A DNA stretch of 64,000 nt from Bdellovibrionales bacterium (GTDB lineage Bacteria; Pseudomonadota; Alphaproteobacteria; Micavibrionales; Micavibrionaceae), in contig JBBKWU010000021.1 in the NCBI GenBank assembly GCA_037969035.1, positions 43,178 through 107,177 on the forward strand, given 5' to 3'. The translations under genes and the position numbers were made by a program. The notes beneath the pieces are model-generated. The model did not search any database and was not told where the DNA came from. It saw nothing but the letters and a program-made list of their open reading frames with translations. Of the stretch, positions 1 through 10,951 are shown piece after piece (within the stretch, counting starts at the first letter, position 1; every line of letters starts with the position of its first letter).

Positions 1-335
1 ACAACCCCGTTGTTCTACCGATTGACACAAACATTCAGGTTCTTGTCACAGCAGCAGACGTTCTGCACGCGTGGGCGGTTCCTGCGTTTGGCGTGAAGAC
101 AGATGCCGTACCTGGTCGCATAAATGAAACTTGGGTGCGTATTACAAAGCCCGGCGTTTACTACGGTCAATGTTCTGAGATTTGCGGGAAAGATCACGGC
201 TTTATGCCGATCGAAGTTCACGCCGTGACCAAAGAAGAGTTTCAAGAATGGTTAGAAACCGCAAAAGAAAAGTTTTCATCCAACACCAGTTTTGACGCAC
301 CAGTAAATTACGCCTTGCTAGACACCAGCAAATAA
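1..335 (+). CDS. coxB: cytochrome c oxidase subunit II, C-terminal part (5' end lies outside the window)
   Basis: The frame is open from the window edge. The translation ...DVLHAWAVPAFGVKTDAVPGRINETW...YYGQCSEICGKDHGFMPI carries the CuA motif C-x-E-x-C-G-x2-H-x2-M. It lies directly upstream of ctaD. Confidence 0.93.
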   Translation, partial: NPVVLPIDTNIQVLVTAADVLHAWAVPAFGVKTDAVPGRINETWVRITKPGVYYGQCSEICGKDHGFMPIEVHAVTKEEFQEWLETAKEKFSSNTSFDAPVNYALLDTSK

Positions 336-367
336 CAGGCACAACAACCCGATAAACAACCCGATAG

Positions 368-2008
<1,641 letters not shown>

Positions 2009-2027
2009 GCTGCATTCCTAATCATTC

Positions 2028-2063
2028 AAAAGCCCCTTGTGTAAAGCACGGGGCTTTTTTTTG
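2028..2063 (+). terminator. rho-independent terminator after ctaD
   Basis: The sequence aaaAGCCCCttgtgtaaagcacGGGGCTttttttt begins about 20 nt after the ctaD stop. It is a GC stem followed by a run of 8 T. Confidence 0.7.
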
Positions 2064-2139
2064 CCTGATGTCCACAAAAATGTAAAATAATATAATTACA
2101 CTATTGCATTCTATTTTGAAATTATGTTAGCTTTCATTT

Positions 2140-2523
2140 ATGGCTATATTAGAACCGATATTTAATGAAACTGTATGGACGCCCCTTTGGGCGGCGGAAG
2201 CAGACGCGCACGGTTCATCAACAGAGACAGGTGCCGCAGATCAAGGCACGGCCATCGAAACACCAGCCTTGCGCCCACCTGAAAATCCATTCCGTCAGCT
2301 TCTCAAGAAAATCGATGAGCTGAGCACAAGCGATAGCATCTATGATATCCGCAATGCGCTTTACATGGTTCACGGTGCGCTTGATGACAAACAATATAGC
2401 AGTGACCAAGAACATTTCGTGTTGTCTGACCGTTGGTTAGAACTGACAGAACGCTTAAACGCGCACCAAACAATGCAGGAGCCGCAACCAACACACCAAC
2501 CGCTTCAACGCTTTGCTATGTAA
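2140..2523 (+). CDS. hypothetical protein (127 aa, soluble, acidic)
   Basis: Longest ORF in the ctaD-ctaB gap. I recognise no motif and there is no clear Shine-Dalgarno sequence. Confidence 0.45.
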   Translation: MAILEPIFNETVWTPLWAAEADAHGSSTETGAADQGTAIETPALRPPENPFRQLLKKIDELSTSDSIYDIRNALYMVHGALDDKQYSSDQEHFVLSDRWLELTERLNAHQTMQEPQPTHQPLQRFAM

Positions 2524-2556
2524 TTCCGCAGTTGAATATAGAAGGATCTTTATTTT

Positions 2557-2967
2557 ATGAGCGCAAACACCGAAAAACCATCAACCCCGACCACATCCAC
2601 GGCCGACCCTAAATCGATCACAGATTTGTGGGCGTCTTATAAAAACGGTGGTGCGGATGCGTTGACGGCGCTCGACGAAATAAAACTCGCTCTCCACCAA
2701 AAACTAAATGACAACCCACAAGCCGCCGCCCTTGTTGCCTCACAGATCATCGGTGAGAGCGCAGAAGGCAGCGACAGCGAAAACATGGCCGTCGATGTGT
2801 TCAAACGCGCCGCTGCGTGTGTGGAGCTTCAAAACCCGATGACACTCGTCAACATGTTCCATGGTTGCGGACAGCGCATGAAGCCCGAGCAAGCCGAACG
2901 CATCACACGCGAGGCACGCAGCTTCCTAGGGCAAATATCGAACACCGCGCCTCGCATAAAACACTGA
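2557..2967 (+). CDS. hypothetical protein (136 aa)
   Basis: ORF with a weak aagga RBS about 10 nt upstream. It begins 33 nt after the previous ORF. I recognise no motif. Confidence 0.45.
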   Translation: MSANTEKPSTPTTSTADPKSITDLWASYKNGGADALTALDEIKLALHQKLNDNPQAAALVASQIIGESAEGSDSENMAVDVFKRAAACVELQNPMTLVNMFHGCGQRMKPEQAERITREARSFLGQISNTAPRIKH

Positions 2968-3009
2968 ATTAAACTTTCCTTTTTCGACAAACTCCGCTAA
3001 GACACTCTT

Positions 3010-3909
3010 ATGAGTGATATGTCCCTTGCTGAAGCCACAGAACAATTCAAAGAAGCACGCGTGCGTGATTACTTCGCGCTGCTCAAGCCGCGTGTGATGA
3101 GCCTTGTTGTCTTCACTGGATTTGCGGGCATGTGGGCGGCACCAAGCTTTAATATCATGCATCCGTTTTTGGCCTTTGTCGCCATGCTTTGCCTTGCCGT
3201 TGGGGCGGGGGCGGCGGGTGCCATGAATATGTGGTATGAGCGCGATATCGACGCCATTATGAACCGCACACGCGGACGGCCGATCCCGATGGGTAAGATC
3301 GAACCTGATGATGCTTTCAGCTTTGCGCTGTTTCTCTCTATTTTTTCTGTGATGATTATGGCGCTGGCGACCAATCTTGTCGCGGCGGCACTTCTTGCGG
3401 TGGCTAATCTGTTTTATGTGCTTGTTTACACCATGTGGCTCAAGCGCCGCACACCGCAAAACATCGTTATTGGTGGTGCGGCTGGTGCATTTCCGCCGAT
3501 GATTGGCTGGGCGGCGGTTACGGGTGATGTGACTTTGATGCCTATTTTGCTGTTTACCATTATCTTTCTTTGGACACCGCCGCATTTTTGGGCGCTATCA
3601 CTGTTTGCCAACGAAGATTATAAACGCGCGAAAATACCGATGATGACCGTCACTGCTGGCGAGAAAAGCACGAAACGCCAGATGCTGTTCTATACCTTGA
3701 TTTTGTTCCCTGTCACGCTTGCCCCTACTATTTTGGGCTTTGCGGGATATATTTATGGTGTGACCGCATTTTTCACAGGTCTGTTCTTTATATACACATC
3801 TATTCGGGTTATAATGGATGACAGTTTAAAGAGTGCCCGTTTAATGTTCGGCTACTCTGTGTTTTACCTTTTTGCTTTATTTTCAGGATTGATAATCGAT
3901 GCCACATAG
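3010..3909 (+). CDS. ctaB: protoheme IX farnesyltransferase (heme O synthase)
   Basis: 299 aa polytopic UbiA-type protein. Motifs: YFALLKPRVM, NMWYERDIDAIMNRTRGRPIP, PPHFWALS. It sits inside the cox cluster. Confidence 0.96.
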   Translation: MSDMSLAEATEQFKEARVRDYFALLKPRVMSLVVFTGFAGMWAAPSFNIMHPFLAFVAMLCLAVGAGAAGAMNMWYERDIDAIMNRTRGRPIPMGKIEPDDAFSFALFLSIFSVMIMALATNLVAAALLAVANLFYVLVYTMWLKRRTPQNIVIGGAAGAFPPMIGWAAVTGDVTLMPILLFTIIFLWTPPHFWALSLFANEDYKRAKIPMMTVTAGEKSTKRQMLFYTLILFPVTLAPTILGFAGYIYGVTAFFTGLFFIYTSIRVIMDDSLKSARLMFGYSVFYLFALFSGLIIDAT

Positions 3910-4267
3910 TGATCTTCATAAAAAGAAATTGTCTAAGAACCTTATCATGCTTGCTTTGATCATGGGCTTCATTGCCTTGATCTGGATGATCACGATGATC
4001 AAAATCGCCCAAGCCGAGGGCACAAGAGACCCGATGACTGCCACACACAGCGTTGACACAGTCACCAGCTATATCGATGAGCGCGAAGAACATATCGAAG
4101 GCAGCGACGAGAGACTTGAGCGTTGGTGGTATGATGATCTATCACAAAGCGTAAATGGCGATGATGATCGCACGACCAGACCAACACAAGTTCAAAACGA
4201 GCGTAAACTAAGAAACACGTTCAACCACAACCGTAGTACCGGTGGTATGGCAACTGTCACACAATAA
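3899..4267 (+). CDS. small single-pass membrane protein, function unknown
   Basis: It overlaps the ctaB stop by 11 nt. It has one N-proximal TM helix (LIMLALIMGFIALIWMITMI) followed by an acidic tail. It occupies the position of the small ORF commonly found between ctaB and ctaG in alphaproteobacteria. Confidence 0.55.
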   Translation: MPHSDLHKKKLSKNLIMLALIMGFIALIWMITMIKIAQAEGTRDPMTATHSVDTVTSYIDEREEHIEGSDERLERWWYDDLSQSVNGDDDRTTRPTQVQNERKLRNTFNHNRSTGGMATVTQ

Positions 4268-4289
4268 CCAGAATTGTTAGGCCGATATC

Positions 4290-4907
4290 ATGTCGGAACA
4301 AAAAAAATCAACAGAGACAACCAGACAAGATCTTCTTGCCGCGCGCAATCGTAAGACAGGCTTAACTGTCTTGGCTCTTGTGGTTGGTATGATCGGCATG
4401 GCCTATGCGTCTGTGCCGCTTTACAATATCTTTTGTCGTGTCACGGGCTTTGGTGGAACGACGCAAGTTGCCCTCGCTGAACCAGCGCAAAGCTATGATC
4501 GCATCATCAATGTTAAATTTGCCGCCAATACCGAACGTAATATGCCGTGGTCGTTTCACCCCGATATTCGTGATATCGATGCCCGAGTCGGCCAGAAAAA
4601 ATTAATCTCCTACAGCGCAAAAAATATGTCGTCACAACCAGTACAAGGCACGGCGGTGTATAACGTCACACCCGCCAAGGCTGGCAAGTATTTCAGCAAG
4701 ATCCAGTGCTTTTGCTTTACCGAACAAATCCTGCAACCCAATGAAAAACAGAACATGCCTGTTGTCTTTTTTATTGACCCTGCGATTATGGATGATAAAG
4801 GTATGGATGACGTAAAAACAATCACGCTGTCGTATACTTTTTTCAAATCAGACTCACAAGAGCTTGAACAAACGCTAGAAGGTTTTTACAATGAGCAGGT
4901 CAATTAG
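4290..4907 (+). CDS. ctaG: cytochrome c oxidase assembly protein CtaG/Cox11
   Basis: 205 aa. Motifs: SVPLYNIFCRVTGFGGTTQ and KIQCFCFTEQ (the Cox11 copper-binding CFCF motif). Confidence 0.95.
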   Translation: MSEQKKSTETTRQDLLAARNRKTGLTVLALVVGMIGMAYASVPLYNIFCRVTGFGGTTQVALAEPAQSYDRIINVKFAANTERNMPWSFHPDIRDIDARVGQKKLISYSAKNMSSQPVQGTAVYNVTPAKAGKYFSKIQCFCFTEQILQPNEKQNMPVVFFIDPAIMDDKGMDDVKTITLSYTFFKSDSQELEQTLEGFYNEQVN

Positions 4908-4966
4908 ACTGACCTGATTTTACAGACTAATTTTTAAGGCATATTTTTTAGAGCGAGTAACACACC

Positions 4967-5830
4967 ATGGCTAAATATCCAGAATACGGCACGACAGGAA
5001 AACCACACCCTTACCATATGGTAAGACCAAGCATTTGGCCTTTTCTCGGCGCAATTGCGGGCGGCCTTATGGCTGTTGGTGCTGTGTTTTACATGCATGA
5101 TGTTGAATTTGGTGGCTTCAAAGTCGGCCTCAAAGGCGTTATCCTTGGGCTGCTTGCTGTTCTGGCTGTGATGTTTTTCTGGTGGAAAGATGTGATTTTC
5201 GAAGCCGTCAGTGAAAAAGCACACACCCCTATCGCCAAAATCGGTATGCGCTATGGCATGGCATTGTTTATTAGCTCCGAAGTGATGTTTTTCGTTGCGT
5301 TCTTTTGGGCGTTCTTTAACGCTAGTTTATTCCCGCAAGAAGCCATCGGTTTTGTCTGGCCACCTGCGGGGATGGAAGTTATTGCACCGTTTGAAGTGCC
5401 GCTTTTGATGACGATGATTCTTTTGCTTTCGGGCTGTACTGTGACATGGGCGCACCATGCCATCATGGAAGGCCACCAAAAAGAGTTCATTAAAGCCCTC
5501 GGCCTGACTGTGTTCCTTGGTGCGTTCTTTATGTGCTTCCAGATATTTGAATATATGCACGCGCATTTCGGATTTTCCGACAACGTTTATACGTCTGCGT
5601 TCTTTATGGCCACAGGCTTCCACGGTTTCCACGTTTTGGTCGGTACGATCTTCCTGTTTGTCTGCTGGAAGCGTGCGAAAAAAGGCCACTTTACCAAAGA
5701 CAGCCATTTCGGGTTCGAAGCGGCGGCTTGGTACTGGCACTTTGTTGACGTGGTTTGGTTGTTCTTGTTTGTCTCCGTTTATTTCTGGGGCAATACAATC
5801 GGCACATCCGCCGTTGTCGTGACAGGTTAA
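4967..5830 (+). CDS. ctaE: cytochrome c oxidase subunit III
   Basis: 287 aa. Motifs: HPYHMVRPSIWP, FFWAFF, TGFHGFHVLVGT, AAAWYWHFVDVVWLFLF. Confidence 0.96.
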   Translation: MAKYPEYGTTGKPHPYHMVRPSIWPFLGAIAGGLMAVGAVFYMHDVEFGGFKVGLKGVILGLLAVLAVMFFWWKDVIFEAVSEKAHTPIAKIGMRYGMALFISSEVMFFVAFFWAFFNASLFPQEAIGFVWPPAGMEVIAPFEVPLLMTMILLLSGCTVTWAHHAIMEGHQKEFIKALGLTVFLGAFFMCFQIFEYMHAHFGFSDNVYTSAFFMATGFHGFHVLVGTIFLFVCWKRAKKGHFTKDSHFGFEAAAWYWHFVDVVWLFLFVSVYFWGNTIGTSAVVVTG

Positions 5831-5868
5831 GTACAGCACCAATCAACAAATAATAGTTTGCACGGAAA

Positions 5869-6255
5869 GTGACTAAAATAGTGGCACATCCGCTAATACC
5901 TGATTTCGAGCCCATCAAACTCGCCCTCTTCGGAAAATGCCCGAAATGTCGTGAGGGTACGATATTCCGCGAAGGCTTCACCCTTGATATCCGCGAGCAC
6001 TGCGAAAATTGTGGCCTTAATCTAGGCGAGCATGATTGCGGCGATGGCCCTGCGGTGTTTCTTATTTTCATTCTCGGCTTCTTGCTTGTTCCTGCCGCGC
6101 TGTATCTTGAATTTACGTTCTTCCCGCCTTTATGGGTTCATATGGTGCTTTGGGGCAGCATCGCCCTCGGCGCGACATTGGGTAGCTTACGACCGTTAAA
6201 AGCCTATATCATAGCTCTGCAATATAAACACGATGTCGGAGCGTTAAAAAAATGA
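5869..6255 (+). CDS. DUF983 family protein (zinc-ribbon plus 2 TM)
   Basis: GTG start. CPKCREG ... CENCG is followed by two TM helices. This is the usual partner downstream of ctaE in alphaproteobacterial cox clusters. Confidence 0.8.
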   Translation: MTKIVAHPLIPDFEPIKLALFGKCPKCREGTIFREGFTLDIREHCENCGLNLGEHDCGDGPAVFLIFILGFLLVPAALYLEFTFFPPLWVHMVLWGSIALGATLGSLRPLKAYIIALQYKHDVGALKK

Positions 6256-6947
6256 TGATGCCACGTTGGGCGACAATTTTTACATTACTGGGCGTCATGC
6301 TGCTTTGCGCGCTTGGCACGTGGCAGCTACAGCGCCTTTTTTATAAAACGACGCTCATCACGCAAATCACAAGCGAATTCACCCGAGACCCGATGCAGAC
6401 CGAGCTTGCCCCGGGAGTATTGCTGCAATCAAAAATGCATGGCGTGTTTTTTATTCGCGGCTATATCGAAGGTATTTTTCTGCATGATAAGGAAATCCTA
6501 ATCGGGCCGCGCGTGATGGATGGCAACGTTGGTTATCATGTCCTAACCCCTTTTGAGAGCGTGATGTCCGATGATACGATTTTGGTAAATCGTGGCTGGA
6601 TTCCGCAAAATTTACCGCGCAGCCAAATCAGCCGCCCTCCGCAAAGTATGATTATCACGGGGATTGCTACAAAACCATCCGCCCCCAACGGTTTCACACC
6701 CGATAATAATATACAAAAAGACGAATGGTTCTGGGTCGATACAAAGGCCATCGCGCAGAGTAAAAAACTACATAGCCTCATGCCCTACATTTTATACCAA
6801 GACGCGCAAAAAGGTGGTAAATGGCCGATCCCCGTCAGTGTCCCGTTCAAGGCTGACCACCACCATTTACAATATGCGTTGACGTGGTTCTCGTTGGCGC
6901 TCACGCTTCTCGGCGTTTATTATTTCCGCTTCATCCGCAGAAAGTAA
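6252..6947 (+). CDS. SURF1 family cytochrome oxidase biogenesis protein
   Basis: 4-nt overlap with the previous gene. It has N- and C-terminal TM helices. Motifs: GTWQLQRL, GYHVLTPF, VNRGWIP, HLQYALTWFSLA. Confidence 0.92.
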   Translation: MMMPRWATIFTLLGVMLLCALGTWQLQRLFYKTTLITQITSEFTRDPMQTELAPGVLLQSKMHGVFFIRGYIEGIFLHDKEILIGPRVMDGNVGYHVLTPFESVMSDDTILVNRGWIPQNLPRSQISRPPQSMIITGIATKPSAPNGFTPDNNIQKDEWFWVDTKAIAQSKKLHSLMPYILYQDAQKGGKWPIPVSVPFKADHHHLQYALTWFSLALTLLGVYYFRFIRRK

Positions 6948-6954
6948 CAAAGCC

Positions 6955-8028
6955 ATGATGTATTTTTCTCAAAACGTTTTACAAGACTATGCAACAGCTT
7001 TGCTTACCGCTGGTGGATACAACACGAGCGAATCCGAAAACACAGCCCACAGCCTTGTCCTATCCAACAGGAAAGGGCATGATTCCCATGGTATAATCCG
7101 TGTTCCCGAATACATCAAAGGGCTTCAAACAGGACACATAAACAGTAATGTTGACCTGATGATTATCAAGGACAGTGCCGCTGGTTGCGTAGCGGACGCA
7201 CAAAATGGTCTCGGACAAATTCAAATGCCGCGTTTGATTGATATACTGCTCGAAAAATTAAAAAATAGTGCTGTCGTCTGCGGTGCTGTTCGCAACTGTG
7301 GGCACACAGGACGCATTGGCGAATGGACAGAGATCATTTCTGCAGAAGGTTTTGCATCAATGTTAACTGTCAATGATAACGGTGCCCTCGCCTTTACAGC
7401 GCCACCAGGCGGGAAGGAAGGAAGAACCAGCACAAACCCAATGGCTTTTGCAATGCCATTGCCGAATGGAAAAATCTTTGCGTTAGATTTTGCAACCAGT
7501 GCCTCAGCTATCGGCAAAATTCGTCTAGCTCACCTTGAAGGAAAGACATGCCCCGAAGGCGTTATTCAAGATAGCGACGGTTTCCCGACAATCGACCCCT
7601 CTGTCATGTTCAACAATCCGCGTGGATCACTTCTACCCATGGGTGGGGAACAAGGATATAAAGGTTTCGGTCTATCAATGATGATTGATTGCCTCACGGC
7701 TGGTTTATCAGGTGGGTTTTCACCTCCTGCGCCTAAAGGTGAAAGAGATACGAGCAATGCTGTTCTTACTATCTGGAATCCCGATTTTTTTGCAGGTTTG
7801 TCACATATTGAGACTGAAACTGAAAAATATTGTGACCATGTCCGTCAGACGATGCCCATTAATCCAGCACATCCCGTACGCATTGCCGGTGATAGGTCAT
7901 CTGCTGAAATGAAAAAGCGCGAAAAAGAAGGCATTCCAATAGATAAAGGTACACTTGACCTGCTTGCACGTTATGCTGAAAAAAACGGGGTCGTAGTACC
8001 AAGAATTTTTAAAAACCAGTCAGCCTAG
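6955..8028 (+). CDS. Ldh_2 family (malate/L-lactate/ureidoglycolate-type) oxidoreductase
   Basis: 357 aa. GHDSHGIIRVPEYI and TNPMAFAMP are blocks typical of the Ldh_2 family. The substrate cannot be read from sequence. Confidence 0.8.
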   Translation: MMYFSQNVLQDYATALLTAGGYNTSESENTAHSLVLSNRKGHDSHGIIRVPEYIKGLQTGHINSNVDLMIIKDSAAGCVADAQNGLGQIQMPRLIDILLEKLKNSAVVCGAVRNCGHTGRIGEWTEIISAEGFASMLTVNDNGALAFTAPPGGKEGRTSTNPMAFAMPLPNGKIFALDFATSASAIGKIRLAHLEGKTCPEGVIQDSDGFPTIDPSVMFNNPRGSLLPMGGEQGYKGFGLSMMIDCLTAGLSGGFSPPAPKGERDTSNAVLTIWNPDFFAGLSHIETETEKYCDHVRQTMPINPAHPVRIAGDRSSAEMKKREKEGIPIDKGTLDLLARYAEKNGVVVPRIFKNQSA

Positions 8029-8031
8029 CTA

Positions 8032-9642
8032 TTAATTATAACGTCCGCCGTCGTCTTTACCGCTCATCGCTACATTTCTGCCGTTGATAACAGATTTAAA
8101 CTCGCTGTCGATCACGTTCATATAGTTTTTGAAGCTCGCGAGCTCTTGGCCTTGCAATGTTTCACCTTGTGGCAATTTCACGCCGCGCGGATTGACCTGA
8201 ACACCACCTTTGATGACTTCATAATGCAAATGCGGGCCTGTGGAGCGGCCTGTTGTGCCAACATAACCGATAATCTGCCCCTGCTTCACGCGCTTACCCG
8301 CGCCCAAGCCTTTGGCAAAGCCCTTCATATGGGCATAGGCGGTTTTAATTTCGGAGTTGTGGCGGATACGCGCATAATTACCGTAGGAGCTATAAGGCCC
8401 CATTTTCTCGATCGTGCCATCACCCGCCGCATAAATCGGTGTGCCGCGTGGTGCCGCGAAATCCAAGCCTTTATGCATTTTGTTATACCCCAACACAGGG
8501 TGGCGACGACTACCGAAGCCCGAAGATAAGCGCGCGCCGTTAATCGGTGTTTTCATCAACGCCTTACGAACGCTTTTGCCGTCTGTGGTGAAATAATCAA
8601 CATCGCCATTTTTCATTTCATAGCGGTACACGGGGATATCCTGCCCGTTTACGTTCAAACGTGCGTAAATGATATTGCCTGTTTTGACCACGTCACCGTC
8701 TTTGGTGCTCATTTCTTCGTACATAATTTCAACATGGTCGCCTTGGCGAATATCACGCTGGAAATCAACATCCCATGAATAAACACCAATTGTATCAGCA
8801 ATCACCGAAGCAGGAATTCCCGCCTCAAGCGCAGAACCATAAAGAGAGACCTTAATATCCGCACGGCCTGCGCGCAGGTTTTTCTCCAGTTCTTTTTCAA
8901 TCAACGAGGCTTTGAAATTACCGTCGTTATCTTTGCTAAGCTGAACCGATTTCACAGGGTCAATAACAATGTTTGTTTCCGCCAGCGTATATTTATCAAG
9001 CCCCACAGGATCAAGACGCACAGAAACTTTTTGCCCTGGGCGAATATCGCGCGGATCAAAAATATCTTTCATCGCTTCGATCACGGCATAGGCTTCGCTG
9101 CCGCTTACGCCTGTTTTTTGGAGAACACCCGCCATTGTATCGCCGCTACCGATTGTAACGTTTTTGTTTTGCGGCTGTGGCAGCGACGGTTTGCGCATAC
9201 TCGCCTTAACGATATGACCATCACCATTTTCACCCGCAGCAGGCTCAATGTCGTTTGCGGCTGCGCCGTAACGCTGCATCCGTTTTTGTGCTGTCTCTAA
9301 TTGCTCTTCGGGGGAACGTTCTGCGTTGCCGTCAATATCAGAAGCCATAATCACCATCTGCGGCAACGATATAGACTTCATATAAGACGCCATCGATCCT
9401 GTTAAAGAACCCGCGCCCATCAACAAAACAAAGGCAAGCACAGCCACAACAGGGAATTTATAACGCCAGCGCAAATGATTATGACGGGTTAAAATATGAC
9501 GATGACGGAACGGGGAATGATGAACAATCGCATGTATCATCTGTCTCGCATAATAACGCGAAGATACATAAGCCGTAGAGAGAGCGGATAAACATATCCG
9601 CGCCACCGCGTTAAATAGTCCTATTATTTCTTGCTGTGTCAT
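8032..9642 (-). CDS. M23 family peptidoglycan DD-metalloendopeptidase with N-terminal TM and an OapA/LysM-like region
   Basis: The C-terminus has HKGLDFAAPRGTPIYAAGDG ... GYVGTTGRSTGPHLHYEV, the M23 zinc motifs HxxxD and HxH. The start is uncertain: the track gives TTG at 9654, and I chose the ATG at 9642. Confidence 0.9.
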   Translation of the reverse strand: MTQQEIIGLFNAVARICLSALSTAYVSSRYYARQMIHAIVHHSPFRHRHILTRHNHLRWRYKFPVVAVLAFVLLMGAGSLTGSMASYMKSISLPQMVIMASDIDGNAERSPEEQLETAQKRMQRYGAAANDIEPAAGENGDGHIVKASMRKPSLPQPQNKNVTIGSGDTMAGVLQKTGVSGSEAYAVIEAMKDIFDPRDIRPGQKVSVRLDPVGLDKYTLAETNIVIDPVKSVQLSKDNDGNFKASLIEKELEKNLRAGRADIKVSLYGSALEAGIPASVIADTIGVYSWDVDFQRDIRQGDHVEIMYEEMSTKDGDVVKTGNIIYARLNVNGQDIPVYRYEMKNGDVDYFTTDGKSVRKALMKTPINGARLSSGFGSRRHPVLGYNKMHKGLDFAAPRGTPIYAAGDGTIEKMGPYSSYGNYARIRHNSEIKTAYAHMKGFAKGLGAGKRVKQGQIIGYVGTTGRSTGPHLHYEVIKGGVQVNPRGVKLPQGETLQGQELASFKNYMNVIDSEFKSVINGRNVAMSGKDDGGRYN

Positions 9643-9690
9643 TACGCTACACAATCACTCTTTATAATTTAAAACGGCTTCAATATTTTT

Positions 9691-10173
9691 CTAGCCGAAT
9701 GTTGTATCAATCGATTCCAACGCCGACTCCAGATCCTCTTTCGGATCGGAGAGCTTCTTATTTACATCAATCATGACAAAAATGCCAAGAATAAGAAAAA
9801 ATAATGCGTCTATCGCGCCACTGTTTTCTGCATCGGTCTCAATAAACCCTGGCAGTAAGCCCACCAACAAAATAATGCTGAACAAAAGAGAGTATAAAAG
9901 CACCAAAGAAAACGCAACGCGGCTATAGCCAGAAATCAAAACCCGTGCTGTTTCTTTGTCTATATCGATTTTAATATCCAAATCCAGCTTCGCATGACGC
10001 GTCATGCTCGCGGGTGAGCCTGTCGTACCCTGTACAGAAAAATCTTCATCGCCTTCAGAGATGGATTTAAGCTCAATTGTCTTTTCAAGGCTTTCAAGCA
10101 AAAGCTTTTTAACATCACCAACAGAAGCCTTACGCTTTAACTGTATTTTTTTGGATACGGACAGATGTTTCAT
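9691..10173 (-). CDS. hypothetical membrane protein (160 aa, 2 predicted TM)
   Basis: The ORF has hydrophobic segments FSLVLLYSLLFSIILLVGLL and ALFFLILGIFVMI. I recognise no family. Confidence 0.55.
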   Translation of the reverse strand: MKHLSVSKKIQLKRKASVGDVKKLLLESLEKTIELKSISEGDEDFSVQGTTGSPASMTRHAKLDLDIKIDIDKETARVLISGYSRVAFSLVLLYSLLFSIILLVGLLPGFIETDAENSGAIDALFFLILGIFVMIDVNKKLSDPKEDLESALESIDTTFG

Positions 10174-10237
10174 TTATATTTCTGACTTCCTGATATCTTG
10201 CGATACCTGCTTGATAGAAAATTATGACTGTGAATTC

Positions 10238-10756
10238 TTAGATACCGCACTCTTTGGAAATGGCATCATGTGCCGCGCCAGAACCGCTCAGGCTGAACGT
10301 GTCTGTGGTTAGTGTACCACGTTTGGATGTGCCTTTAACCACCATTTTGCTGCCCTTGCGAATCGAATCGGTGATTTTATTGTCTGTTGAGGCATCTGGT
10401 GCCCACGCTGTTTCATCTTGCGTGAACAATGTGTAAGTCGTCGAATCGATCTTCACCGTGGCATCACTGCCCGCTTTATACGGATAACCCGTGATATAGC
10501 TGAATACGTTCTTTGTACCTTCGGCAGGGCGGTGCGTTACAAGCGCGTAAATTTTACCGCGAGCTTTATAATCACCTTCGTCTTTGTCTGGCTCACTCGC
10601 CATATAACAAACCTTGTTACCGTCTTCGGTGAACACAAAAGCTGACCATTTACCGAATGTGCCGAGCTCCGTCGGATCAGCCGCCTGTGCGGGTGCTGCC
10701 GCAAATGACAGTGCCAGTCCCAAAAGACCGCTTAACATTATGATCCGTTTACTCAT
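10238..10756 (-). CDS. secreted IalB-like (invasion-associated locus B family) protein
   Basis: Signal peptide MSKRIIMLSGLLGLALSFAAAPAQA. The blocks FGKWSAFVF..GNKVCYMASEP ... VVKGTSKRGTLTTDTFSLSG ... EC resemble the conserved alphaproteobacterial IalB-family protein. The family call is from memory. Confidence 0.6.
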   Translation of the reverse strand: MSKRIIMLSGLLGLALSFAAAPAQAADPTELGTFGKWSAFVFTEDGNKVCYMASEPDKDEGDYKARGKIYALVTHRPAEGTKNVFSYITGYPYKAGSDATVKIDSTTYTLFTQDETAWAPDASTDNKITDSIRKGSKMVVKGTSKRGTLTTDTFSLSGSGAAHDAISKECGI

Positions 10757-10925
10757 ACCAAATCCTTTTTTATTCAATTGAATGGTCATCTATCACCTAT
10801 TTAAATTCTGCTACTCTTAACTATGAAATCGTCAAATATGAAATCGCGTCAATGAATCTTGACCCTAAGACTGTTTGACTGATTATACAATGCTCTGCCT
10901 TATCTTTTAAACAAAAAATAATTTT

Positions 10926-10951
10926 TGATCCATTTTGTGCATTTTAACGTA
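10926..10951 (+). promoter_or_regulatory. putative ECF (RpoE/ChrR, ECF11-type) autoregulated promoter
   Basis: TGATCC-16 nt-CGTA lies about 95 nt upstream of the sigma factor ATG. It matches the -35 TGATCC / -10 CGTA pattern I recall for RpoE-ChrR type sigma factors. Confidence 0.45.

Noticed and set aside
2926-3585. 219-aa minus-strand ORF, extremely Arg/His-rich, antisense to ctaB
   Set aside because: It lies entirely within the well-supported ctaB frame. Its composition is typical of a shadow ORF opposite a hydrophobic membrane-protein gene, and it has no motif.
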